A DNA stretch of 34,537 nt, taken from Octopus bimaculoides (taxonomy: Eukaryota). The notes beneath the pieces are model-generated. The model worked only from the letters and a program-made list of their open reading frames with translations, did no database searches and was not told the DNA's origin. Below, piece after piece: positions 23,911 through 34,537 of this stretch (positions within the stretch are counted from its first letter, which is position 1; every line of letters begins with the position of its first letter). The DNA lies in assembly GCF_001194135.2 (NCBI RefSeq), contig NC_068991.1, positions 34,073,895 through 34,108,431 on the forward strand, given 5' to 3'. The position numbers and the translations under genes are program-made.

Positions 23911-25299
23911 CTGAAAGACAATACATATCACTTAACAGAAATAGAAAAACAATACATTTCCCAAACTTAAATCAGTTTTCATAAAAAGTTTCAAGAATCA
24001 ATTAAGTATTAAGCAACCAACCAAGAAGTTGAATCCATCAAGTTCTATATATGAACTTCAAGTGGTAAATTCCCTGCTGTAAGCAACAATAGTTCCATAG
24101 TGATTTAATGGTTTTCAATACTGAATTCAATTCATACTACAGAAAAAAACTAACAGTGTTTGACTACTGTCCTGTAAAAGGGCAAAATGTGTTTCTTATC
24201 CACTTGAAAAGCATCAACTCTATGTATTCTTGTGACATGTAATGGTTTCAAAGGTTAGAAAGACAGCTTTACTACAACATTCATCATGTGAAGAGTTTCA
24301 ATATCTGAACAGACAGGGTGAGGACAGCAGGCAAAAAAAATGATTACTTTTTAGTTAGCTTTATGCATTATGCATTATGGGCAGCTACACCTCAGATATA
24401 AGGGATAGGGGATTGACTGAGCTTTATTAGCTTCAATGCTGAATTTAAATCCCATTTGGTCAAATATATATCATTTCTAAGAGAGGCTGGAAAACAGCTA
24501 AGACCATTAGAAGTTTAATATCGCAATGATTTTTTCATGGTACAAAATAGTTGGAAAGAATGAATAGGAAGTTTATCAAATGATGATATAATTAAGTAAA
24601 ACACATCATATTATCAAAAGTTGAAGTATTAATAGTTTTTATTACTAGTTTTTTTAATATTCTAATGTATTGTGTGGCATGCAACAGAGAATGAAAAGTA
24701 CTGGTCACTGAGAATTTAATGGCTACACTTTTTCATTGCCTTCCTTAATAATTTCCACCTTCCTGTAAAATTCATCAAATTCGTCACCACCATCAGTAAG
24801 ACTTCCATCAACTTTTATTTTTGTCTCTGCACCATTCATCTCTCCACCAAGGTGGAGAGATGAATTTTCTTCTTACACACCAAATTTTCCATTTCTTCTT
24901 ACACACACCAAATTTTCCATTTTCTTTTTACAATTTCCCCAGCTCTACGACTTCTACAACTATTCTGGCTTCAATATCAAGTTAAAGTAAATACTTCTCT
25001 TTATCCTTCCATGTGGGTACTCTCCAACCAATCATAAATGCTATCTTGTGGAAGGATCCTGAACACCCTCATGTGACTGAAAGTGGACTAACAGATTTCA
25101 ATAAATAATAACTGTGTGAACTGTCAAGGACAGTTGACACTGTTTTTTTCTGGTTGGTTTAATCATTTTTGATCCCTGTTGGATGTGAGTCACATTGTTA
25201 ATTATTTGTAGGTCTCCCCTCGTGGGTGTACCTATGATTGTTGATTGCTGAAATTGCTGTTGCTATTTTAACATACGAGCTTGTTGATTTGTGTTTGTT

Positions 25300-26400
25300 T
25301 TCTTCCCATTTATGGGGGAACCTGAGAAGAGAAGAAAAATGGAAATTGGACCAGCAAAAGGCTACAGTTATGCAGCAGCAACTGACAGAGGAGTGGAATC
25401 TGAAGCTTCAGAGGTTCATGAGGTGAGGGTAGAACCGAAGAAGCTAAAAGAGTGTGAAAAGTTATTAAAAAGAGAAGGTTATACTTTAAAATTAATGCCA
25501 CTATATGAACTAAAGAACAGTGTGACAAAAAGAACTGTAATATTTAAAACATTGAAGGTGTCATCGGGAAAAATCAAAATTGCAACTATCAAAGATATTA
25601 AAGAGTGCTTGAAAGAAGTTAAAAAGTTCACCACTTTCATCACAAGAGGAAGAAAGTATGGTACGGTGGAGGTGCAATTCGCAACTGAAGACAAAGCGAT
25701 AAAGCACTCCACTGTAGCTATAAAGATGGAAGAATGGGTACTTTTGCCAACGTACTGTGGCAAGCATGTTGTCAGAGTGAGAGTAGGAAAAGTACCCCTG
25801 GGAATAAATGAAACATGCTTGGTAGCAGCGATAATGTTTAACATAGAGAAAGACGCCAAAATACTGAAAGTGACGAGAACCAAAAGGTTAAATTGGTGGG
25901 GATTATGGCATAGAGATGGCCATACAAGCAAGTTTAAGTGACTTAAACAAAATTGCAGAGGAAATAATTTTACCTGAGGATGTGAGGCTGAGAGTGGTAG
26001 TAGAGAGCAGTATGTTATCAATGCAGGGGAAAAAGGCCATATGAAGGTGAGGTGCCCCTAGAGAGAGGAAGAACAACAGCTGGAACAGTCTGAAGAACAA
26101 GAGAAGGAAGATGAAGTGGTGCAAGAGGGTGTGAAGGAGATGGTAGTAACAGAGGAAGCGTTCACAGTGGTTAAAAAAGAAAAACGAAAAGAAAGAGTAA
26201 GCTCTTCGCTGGAGAGGCTGTAAAAGAAAAAAAGAAGAGGATAAGGAGGTTGAGAAGGAGGTTGCAAACGAGTTTGAGAAGGAGCTTGAAGAGGAGCTTG
26301 AGAAAGAGGAGACAGTAGCAAGGGTACTAGCTATACTAGCGGAGGAGGAAGACTTAGGAGTGAGTGAGCGAGTGAGGCAGGCAGGCAGGCACACGTGCAT
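25300..26400 (+). mobile_element. Tx1/L1-like ORF1 (gag-like) remnant without visible ORF2
   Basis: About 200 open codons (MEIGPAKGYSYAAA..GTVEVQFAT..LLPTYCG..VRVRVGKVPLG), then a frameshifted zinc knuckle CYQC-x-KGHMKVRC (about 26013-26055) and an E/K-rich tail. Confidence 0.7.
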
Positions 26401-27599
26401 TCAGGAGGCTAATTATCTATTTATGAATGTGTATGAGATCATTTCCTCGATTCATAGTTGAGAATTGAAACTGTAGCCTAGATTTTACCATGGCATTTTT
26501 TCTTTGTTTTGGCGTTGGTCAACTTTATCTTAGTTTCTTTTGAGGTTAAAATAGATAAAGGAGTAACATTCCTTTGTTCTCAAACATACATTGACTGATA
26601 GGTATAAATGACAGCTCTCATAGAACATCAGCAGTCAGTCTTTCTTTATTTCCACACACTGCATGGTAGTTAGTTTTTCCTTCACTTCCACACACTGCAC
26701 AGCTTCACCTTCTAGCAAACATATAGCTTGTCCTACCAGACACACATTCATCTAAGGGCAAATAAACATTACATTGTTGTCATCCTCCTTATACCATTAG
26801 ACTGCTGGCAATTGCTATCAAGTCTTGTATTACTGACCATACATACAAATAAAACTAAACAAAATTTTTCTTTTCAATGTTCATTATTACACTGTCTCTT
26901 GAAGCAATTGAATTGTAATATAACCTGTTACAAATGTATTATTTTTAATACTATATTTTTTTTTGTGATGCAGTTGCTCTTTTCTTATTGCTACTTTTAC
27001 CACTGTTTTCTCTACTCATTTCACATTGGCCTTGCTTAAAGCTTTGGCTCACTCTACTTCGCATCTTCTATTTTTAACATTCTCCTGATCCTACTTCTTT
27101 TCCCCCATTTTTATTACTGTTGTGGAGGACACCCTGAATGAGAGAAGTGGGCTGTTCCACCACAAATAAATAGTGGACAGACACAACAACTGGTTTCAGC
27201 CAGCGAGGTACGCCATTCAGACCAGTCACGCAGATGACGAAGTATGTTGTTATAATGCAGGACATAACAATTACTAAAAAGAATACTTCTAACTTAATGA
27301 TTTTAAAAAATAGCATTCTATGTGTACATTTACTTTGTTTTTCCATTTTCTTTCCTCATCTTCTTTCATCTTGAATACCATCCCTTCCTTTTCACATAAC
27401 CAGAGCAATTGGTTGTTTTACCATCTCTCTTTAATTCCAGCTTCCTCCTTCTCCATCTGCTTTGTATTCCAGACTTCTAGTTCTATCATATGACACTCAT
27501 AACACTTATATTTACGTTACACTCACTCCCAATAGGGCCAACAATTTTAACATGTTTGAATGATGATAGGTTAAAGTGAGAACAGCTGATGTGACATGT

Positions 27600-29846
27600 C
27601 TGTTATCAAACGATGATTGAATCCTTCTTTTCAAGTGCTGAATACCATCTCTCCTTCCCATGTTCCCTCCCACATCCCTTTCCCAGTTCTCAGAGTTGGC
27701 ACTATCAATGTAGGCACATTGAAAGGTAGGTCTAGTGAAATTGTTGAAATACTTGAACGGAAGTGTGTTGAGATGCTTGAAGGGAGGTATGTTGCATTCA
27801 AGAGGTAAGGTGGAGAGGAGCTTCAACCAGGTTCCTCACAAGCAAGACACATAAGTATAAAATCTTCTGGGAAGGTAACAGCAATGGGGCAGGTGGTGTG
27901 GACATACTTCTTTCAGAGAAATGGGTGGATAAGGTCACAGATGTAGTCAGACTCAACTAATCTTTCAGAACAGTATAACAATTATCTCTGCCTATGCCCC
28001 ATAAGCGGGCCTACCAAATGAACAAAAGGACCACATTTATTATATTTTTCTGCAGGCTACCTCAAAGACAAGTGACAATGAGCTTGTCTTCATAGCTGTG
28101 GTTTCCAATGGGCATGTCGGGTAGCAGCCCAGTATCTTCCATGGGAGCCATGGAATTGGTTCCTAAAGTAGAGAGGAGACAAGGCTACTGGAGTTCTGTG
28201 ATACGAATAACCTATTGATTTGTAACACCAACTTCAGGAAGACAGCCAGCTGCCTGATAACCTAACAATCAGGTGACTACGCTAGCCAGATCAATTACAT
28301 TCTCACCAGACAGCAGGGTACATGGTTGGTCCTAAATATAAAGACCTTTTCTAGTGAAGAATGTACCCCCCGCCAACATAGACTAGTCATTAGTGACTTT
28401 AGATTTCAGGCCAGAAGGATGCCACGAAGTAGAGCAATCTGAAAAAAAGAGGATTTGGAAGCTTAATGACCCTTCATATGGTCAGAGATTTAGGGACATC
28501 CTAATTGAGAAATTTAATGAGAGGAAGAAGGAACTACAGGCTTGTAATATAGAGGGCCAGTGAATTTCTGCAGGACAACTTGCTGAGTGCAATAGACTAA
28601 ATCTGTGGCTGGTGCAAAGTCCCATCCAGACCTAGGGTGATATGGTGATGCAACTTGCATTTAATGATTCTGCAAGGAGGCTTGGAAATGCCATTATAAA
28701 AGACTTCTGAACATGGAGAATGAATGGGGAGAGGAGAGTCTACCAAATGTTGACCCAATTGAGGGACTAGCTATCCAAATCTACAGTACCTTGATAGAAA
28801 ACACAATTAAGGATATGAAGACAGGGAAAGCCCTCAGTCCATCAGGAATCACCACTGAAATGCTTAAAATATCTGTCAGTGTGGGTCGTGGACTAGTCAC
28901 CGGTATTGTAAATCAGGTGGTACACTAAGGAGTCATAGCCAATGACTGGTGTAGCAGCACCATAGACAACTACTACAAAGGTAAAAGTAATGCCTTAGAT
29001 AGAAATAATTACAGCGATATCAAATTGTTGAATCAGGCGATGAAAGTTATGGAGAGGGTAATAGGGAGAGAGTTAGTTTAGATGAGATGCAGTTTGATTT
29101 TGTGCCAGGGAGAAGCACCACTGATGCTTTATTTCTGGTAAGGCAGCTGCAGGAGAAATACACGACCAAAGATAAACCTTGGCTTTTGTTGACTTGGAGA
29201 AAGCCTTTGACTGAGTCCCCTAATCCCTTATCTGGTGGTCAATGTGAAAACTGGGGATAGATGAGTGGTTGGTGAGGGCTGTACAAGCCATGTACAGGGA
29301 CGCTGTTAGTAAGTGAGGGGTGGCAATGAGTACAGCAAAGAATTCAGGGTACAAGTAGGGGTTCATGGAGGATCGGTCCTTAACTCCCTCTTGTTCATCC
29401 AGGCAATAACAGAGGAATTTAAAACAGGCTGCCCCAGGGAGTTCCTCTATGTTGATGACCTAGCTCTTATAGCTGAATCACTACCTGAACTAGAGAAGAA
29501 GTTTCAGGTATGGAAGCAAGGTCTAGAATGAAAGGACCTTAGAATTAACCTTGCAAAAACCAAAGTGTTAGTAAGTAGGAAGGCAGATAAATCACAAATC
29601 CCTTCAGGTAGACGGCACTGCTTGATCAGTAAAATAAGGTATAAGAAGAAACTTGTAAGATGTACCAGGTGTAAGCTATGGACACATAAGAGGTGCAACA
29701 ATATCACAAGAAGGTTAACAGGGAAACTAGTATTTGTGTGTAAAAGATGCACAGGTACAATAAACACTGAAAATATACAGAAAATAGACTCCATCAACTG
29801 CCAGCAGAGTAAGATAGTGGTAGTAGATAGCTTCTGTTATCTAGGT
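27600..29846 (+). mobile_element. RTE-clade LINE, 5' part (APE, RT, PHD-like insert), decayed
   Basis: LRVGTINVGTLKGRSSEIVE, PSGITTEMLK, DLEKAFD, GVHGGSVLNSLLF, LYVDDL, KTKVLVS, the Cys/His cluster, and VVDSFCYLG. Confidence 0.92.
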
Positions 29847-30449
29847 CAGGGGTTTTCAAACTGTGGTCCGAAGACCACAGGGGGTCCGCAGACCACAGGG
29901 GGTCCGCAAGGACAAGACAGGGGTTCTGTGGGCAGCAAATACTTTTTATGGGCAATTTGATTTTATATATGTTTTTTAATTGAAATCTTTTTTCTTATAT
30001 TTTGTAAATGTAAGTGCATGAAATAACAGGTAAATAATTTTGTAATATATCCTAAAAGTCCCATCGATTAAAACAATTAAGTTGTCACTTGAGCATTGAT
30101 TGCATGTCAGGAATTCCATTCACATTAATTATGGTTCGAGACATAAGAAAAGTGGGAATTTATGCTTTTTTGCATTAAAGTATTTGCTGAGTTAAGACTG
30201 TTTAGTCAGATCCAAAGAAGCACACAGGTGCTGTCACGTAATTGTTAAATACACTTTGTTAATTTACAAATCCAGTGAAGTTCAAATTATAAATTTTCAG
30301 TGTCTGAATATCTGATTTTTATTTATTAATGTTCCTAAATGGCATAAAACCTACATTATCGCCCATTATATGTCAACTTTATTTATATGAAAATTATTTT
30401 ACACATGCAAGAGCTTCACGTTCAAATTTTCAGTGTGCAAGCGTTACCC

Positions 30450-32825
30450 ATGGATAAATTTTTGAAACGGAAAGCTCATGATGAAATCAACTCAGAATCT
30501 GATACAGAGACAGAAGAGATTGTTCAGAAAAATAAATTAAGAAAATACGACGTGGAGTATATTCGATTTGGATTCATTGAAAGTGTGTCTAATGCTAACA
30601 GACCACAGTGTTTACTTTGTCATAAGCTGTTGTCGAATGAAGCCTTGAAACCAGCTAAATTGCAGCGACATTTAACAACACCACATCCTCAATTTGCCAC
30701 AAAACCAAAAAGTTTTTTTGAAAGAAAAAAGGATGCATATTTAAAAGAGACAACAACTTTTAAAATGTCAATAACATCAAATTATAAACTACTACAGGCA
30801 TCTTATTTAGTGGCACTGAAAGTGGCTTGTGCTAAGAAGGCCCATAATATTGCTGAAGAACTTGTATTGCCCTGTGCAATAGACATGTGTGAGGCAGTTT
30901 TGGATGGAAAATGTGCTGTGAAATTGAATGCTGTGCCGCTGTCAGATAACACAATTGTGCGAAGAATAGAAGATATGTCAAAAGATATAAAATCTCAGTT
31001 AATTGACAGAGTGAAAATAAGCTTTTTTGCATTACAACTTGATGAAAGCACAGATATTACCAGTGAATCTCAATTTATGGTGTATGTGCGATATTGTTGG
31101 GAAAGTGAAATGCTTGAAGATTTTCTATTTTGCTATCCTATGCCCACTAGAACAACTGGGGAAGAAGTTTTCAAAGTATTGGACTCTTTTCTTTTTCAAT
31201 CAGGCTTGTTATGGAGCCAGTGTATTGGCATATGTACAGATGGGGTGGTATCAATGACCGGTATTCACTCGGGTGTTGTGGGATATATTAAGAAAGTAGC
31301 ACCTAACGTCACTGCAACACATTGCATGATTCATCGAGAAGCTCTGGTTGCCAAAAAAATGAATGCTTCTTTGTCCAAAGTCTTGTCATGTTGTATTAAA
31401 GTGATAAATTTCATTAAAACAAGACCACTGTATAGTCGTTTCTTTGCAATACTCTGTGGTGAGATGGGGGCTGAACATTCAAGTCTGTTGCTTCATACAG
31501 AGGTAAGATGGCTTTCACGAGGTAAAACAATTCAGCGTTTATTTGAACTTAGAGAAGAACTGTTGATGTTTTTGTGTGATTATAATGCTGAACTGGCTTC
31601 GATAATGGCTGATAAAATTTGGCTTTGCAAAGTTGCTTATCTGGCAGATATATTCAACAAACTTAATGAACTGAATTTATCTCTACAAGGAAGAAATTCA
31701 AATATTTTATTTAGTCGTGACAAAATAGAAGCCTTCANNNNNNNNNNNNNNNNNNNNNNNNNNNNNNNNNNNNNNNNNNNNNNNNNNNNNNNNNNNNNNN
31801 NNNNNNNNNNNNNNNNNNNNNNNNNNNNNNNNNNNNNNNNNNNNNNNNNNNNNNNNNNNNNNNNNNNNNNNNNNNNNNNNNNNNNNNNNNNNNNNNNNNN
31901 NNNNNNNNNNNNNNNNNNNNNNNNNNNNNNNNNNNNNNNNNNNNNNNNNNNNNNNNNNNNNNNNNNNNNNNNNNNNNNNNNNNNNNNNNNNNNNNNNNNN
32001 NNNNNNNNNNNNNNNNNNNNNNNNNNNNNNNNNNNNNNNNNNNNNNNNNNNNNNNNNNNNNNNNNNNNNNNNNNNNNNNNNNNNNNNNNNNNNGCCTGAC
32101 TGGCCTTCTAGGGTTTTCGAGCGAGATCGTTGCCAGTGCCCCTGGACTGGCTCTTGTGCGGGTGGCACATAAAAGACACCATTTCGAGCGTGGCCGTTTT
32201 CGTGCGGGTAACACGTAAAAGCACCCACTACACTCTCTGAGTGGTTGGCGTTAGGAAGGGCATCCAGCTGTAGAAACTCTGCCAAATTAGATTGGAGCCT
32301 GGTGTAGCCATCCGGTTGCACCAGTCCTCAGTCAAATCGTCCAACCCATGCTAGCATGGAAAGCGGACGTTAAACGATGATGATGATGATGATGATGATT
32401 TAATATCACTAGGTGAGCATTTTGCCAAATATTTCTTGAAAGATGTTCCAGATAGTATTGAAAATTTTGACTAGATCAGAAATCCGTTTAATGTTGAAAT
32501 AGCTGATGACATGCTCACAGGAAATGAACTGGAAGAACTGGCTGAAATTTCATGTGACAGAACTTTAAAAATCAGTTTTATGCAGCAACCACTTTCAAAA
32601 TTCTGGCTTACTGTAGCTTCCGAGTATTCATTGTTATCTCGAAAGATTTTGCTACTGTTTGCAACAACATATTTTTGTGAAGCAGGATTTTTGGCACTGA
32701 CCAATCTGAAAAACAAATACAGATCCAGACTTGCTCCAGAAAGTGACTTATATGTACGTTTGTCATTAATATCTCCAAGAATTGACAGTTTGTGCAAAGC
32801 CAAGCAAACACATCCTTCTCACTAA
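30450..32825 (+). pseudogene. Buster-type hAT transposase, disrupted by an RTE insertion and a nonsense codon
   Basis: Open 30450-31737 (429 codons): BED finger CLLC..LQRHLTTPH, FALQLDESTD, ICTDG, HCMIHREAL and TEVRWLSRG. It resumes about 32400 (LISLGEHF..FD*IRNPF) and ends FATTYFCEAGF..LKNKYRSRL..KQTHPSH*. Confidence 0.92.
32094..32399 (+). mobile_element. RTE 3' UTR end with (GAT)n tail, inserted in the hAT transposase gene
   Basis: Reverse complement closely matches 11884-12190 (gagcgagatcgttgccagtgcccctggactggctcttgtgcgg); the 5' extent is hidden by the gap. Confidence 0.93.
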
Positions 32826-33023
32826 GTATGTATTAAAAAAATCCTGTGTGTATAATTGACAATAAACCTATTTGTTAAATACTGTTTAATAAATAAATGT
32901 AAAAATATATGTTATTTTAAGCAAATATTTATGTATAAATTTCATAAGCGTTTATAAGGGAGTCCCTAACGTAAAGCCTGAAATATAAAGGGGTCCGCAA
33001 GTCAAAAAGTTTGAAAACCTCTG

Positions 33024-34027
33024 ATCTAGGTGACCAAGTTAGTAGTGGAGGTGGATCCTTCGAGAGCATAGCTGTGAGAATAAGAATAGGCTGGGCAAAG
33101 TTCAGAGAGCTCCTACCTCAGCTGGCAACAAAGAGCCTCTCTCTCAGAGTGAAAGGCAGATTGCATGATGCCAATGTGCAAACAGCTGTGTTACATGGCA
33201 GTGAAACATAGGCTGTGACAGCCAAGGATTATGAGTAGGCTTGAAAGAAATGAAGTTAGTGTGCTTCACTGAATGTGCAATATCAGTATGTATGTAGAAC
33301 AGAGTGTAAGCATCTTGAGAGAAAAGTTGGGCATAAGTGGCATCAGATGTGGTGTGCAAGAGAGACGACTGTGCTGGTATGGTCATGTGATGTGTATGGA
33401 TAAGAACAGCTGTGTAAAAAAGTGCTGATCTTTAACTGTGGAGGGAACCTGTTGGAGAGGTAGACCCAAGAAGACATGAGACAAGGTGGTGAAGCATGAT
33501 CTTCAAACTTTTGGCCTCACGGAGGCAATGACTAGTGACCGAGACCTTTGGCAATATGCTGTGCTTGAGATGACCTGTGAAGCCAAGTGAAATCACAGTC
33601 ATGGCCAATGCTGGTGTCATACAACTGGCACCTGTGCTGGTGGCATGTAAAAAGCACCTTTCAAGCATTGGGCCTCATGGAAGCAAGGTGACTGGTGCCA
33701 GTGGCATGTGAAAAGCACCTTTTGAGTGTTGGGTCTCATGGAGGCAATGATGAATGACTGACATCTTTGACATTATACTGTGCTTGTGAAGAAGACCCAT
33801 CAAGCCAAGTAAAATCACAGTCATGGCAGATACTAGTGTCATACAAATAGCACCCATGCCAGTGACATGAAAAAGCACCAATCACATTCTCAGAGCGGCT
33901 GGTGTTGGGAAAGGCATCCAGTTGTAGAAACTATGCCACATCAGAGACTGGAGTCTGGTGCAGCCTTCCAGCTTGCCAGCACTGGTCAAACGGTCCAACC
34001 TATGCCAGCATGGACAACGAACATTAA

Positions 34028-34068
<41 letters not shown>
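33024..34068 (+). mobile_element. RTE LINE, 3' part continuing after the hAT insertion
   Basis: LGDQVSSGGG continues DSFCY; also WAKFRELLP, VLHGSET, RRLCWYGHV and GRPKKT. The ORF ends about 33590 and the (GAT)n tail at 34028-34068. Confidence 0.93.
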
Positions 34069-34070
<2 letters not shown>

Positions 34071-34136
34071 CCTTACTCTCAGACTGTAACAAGATAAAAC
34101 ATAATATTCATAAGTATTTTTTGGATTAAGTCCCAT

Positions 34137-34206
34137 TAATTGTATATAGAAATAGCTCAATTCTAAGATTCTAATTGTATATAAAAATAGCTTGACTCTA
34201 AGATTC
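34137..34206. repeat. 35-bp tandem duplication
   Basis: taattgtatatagaaatagctcaattctaagattc / taattgtatataaaaatagcttgactctaagattc. Confidence 0.9.
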
Positions 34207-34209
34207 TAA

Positions 34210-34537
34210 TCTATAGATATAAAAATGAGAATGTGTGTCTGTCTGTCTGTGTGAATCCCTAAAACTCGAGAACTACGCAACCAATTTCATTCAAATTTTA
34301 CACATGCCTTACTTAGGGTTCCAGTTGTGTTTTAGTCAAAAAAAATTATTAACTTCTTGCAGAGTTCGAGCACACGGCAACATAATATCTCCTCCACTAT
34401 TTAAGTATTACGTGTCAAAAGTGAAACAAAAACACTCATGTCAAATACTTTCACTTTAAAAATGAAACTATTCCACTAACTGAAACAATCACATTTCGAT
34501 ACTGTAATGACAGATACGTTCAGAGAAAGAGAAAGAG
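34210..34537 (+). mobile_element. 5' end of a second non-autonomous Helitron-like family, running off the window
   Basis: A|TCTATAGATATAAAAATGAGAATG followed by (TGTC)n and ..accaatttcattcaaattttacacatg, the usual 5' layout of short Helitron derivatives; the 3' end is not in the window. Confidence 0.7.

Larger units (their letters stand above)
29847..33023 (+). mobile_element. hAT DNA transposon, Buster/Charlie family, full-length with TIRs and TSD
   Basis: 16-bp TIRs CAGGGGTTTTCAAACT (29847-29862) and AGTTTGAAAACCTCTG (33008-33023), one mismatch. 8-bp TSD ATCTAGGT at 29839-29846 and 33024-33031 with the central TA typical of Buster elements. Confidence 0.96.

Noticed and set aside
27074-27346. 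Two overlapping open minus-strand frames, one with a CCVC motif
   Set aside because: No recognisable family, ambiguous frame and mediocre splice signals.
30387-30449. N-terminal extension of the transposase from the first in-frame ATG
   Set aside because: Homologous Buster proteins begin at MDKFLKRK-like sequence, and the extension overlaps a likely polypyrimidine/acceptor tract.
30450-32825. Domesticated host gene (ZBED/SCAND3/GTF2IRD2-like)
   Set aside because: Intact TIRs and TSD, an internal retroelement insertion and a stop codon indicate a transposon copy.

Overview
Eukaryotic, AT-rich, repeat-saturated genomic DNA with five N-gaps (2389-2488, 7060-7480, 12813-13470, 18734-19010, 31738-32093). 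The repeat families look molluscan, most likely octopus; this is my recollection, not a database result. Almost the whole window is a stack of nested, mostly decayed transposable elements: two different Penelope-like elements (a Hydra-type at the left end and a Neptune-type), a CR1-group LINE, several RTE LINEs, an R4/Dong-type RLE LINE, a Tx1/L1-like ORF1, three mariner remnants, a Buster/Charlie hAT with TIRs and 8-bp TSD, non-autonomous Helitrons and two tRNA-derived SINEs. Several insertions can be resolved to the base (Helitron into Neptune, SINE into mariner, RTE into R4, hAT into RTE, RTE into hAT). Two short minus-strand segments with strong splice signals (23848-23910, 20880-20965) are probably exons of an unidentified host gene. 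Most interesting: a tRNA-headed SINE carrying a minimal hammerhead-ribozyme motif, a PHD finger embedded in the RTE reverse-transcriptase region, a Hydra-type PLE with an inverted terminal copy holding a second hammerhead-like motif, and a hAT transposase open for 429 codons. No prokaryotic features, CRISPR arrays, rRNA or intact tRNA genes are supported.
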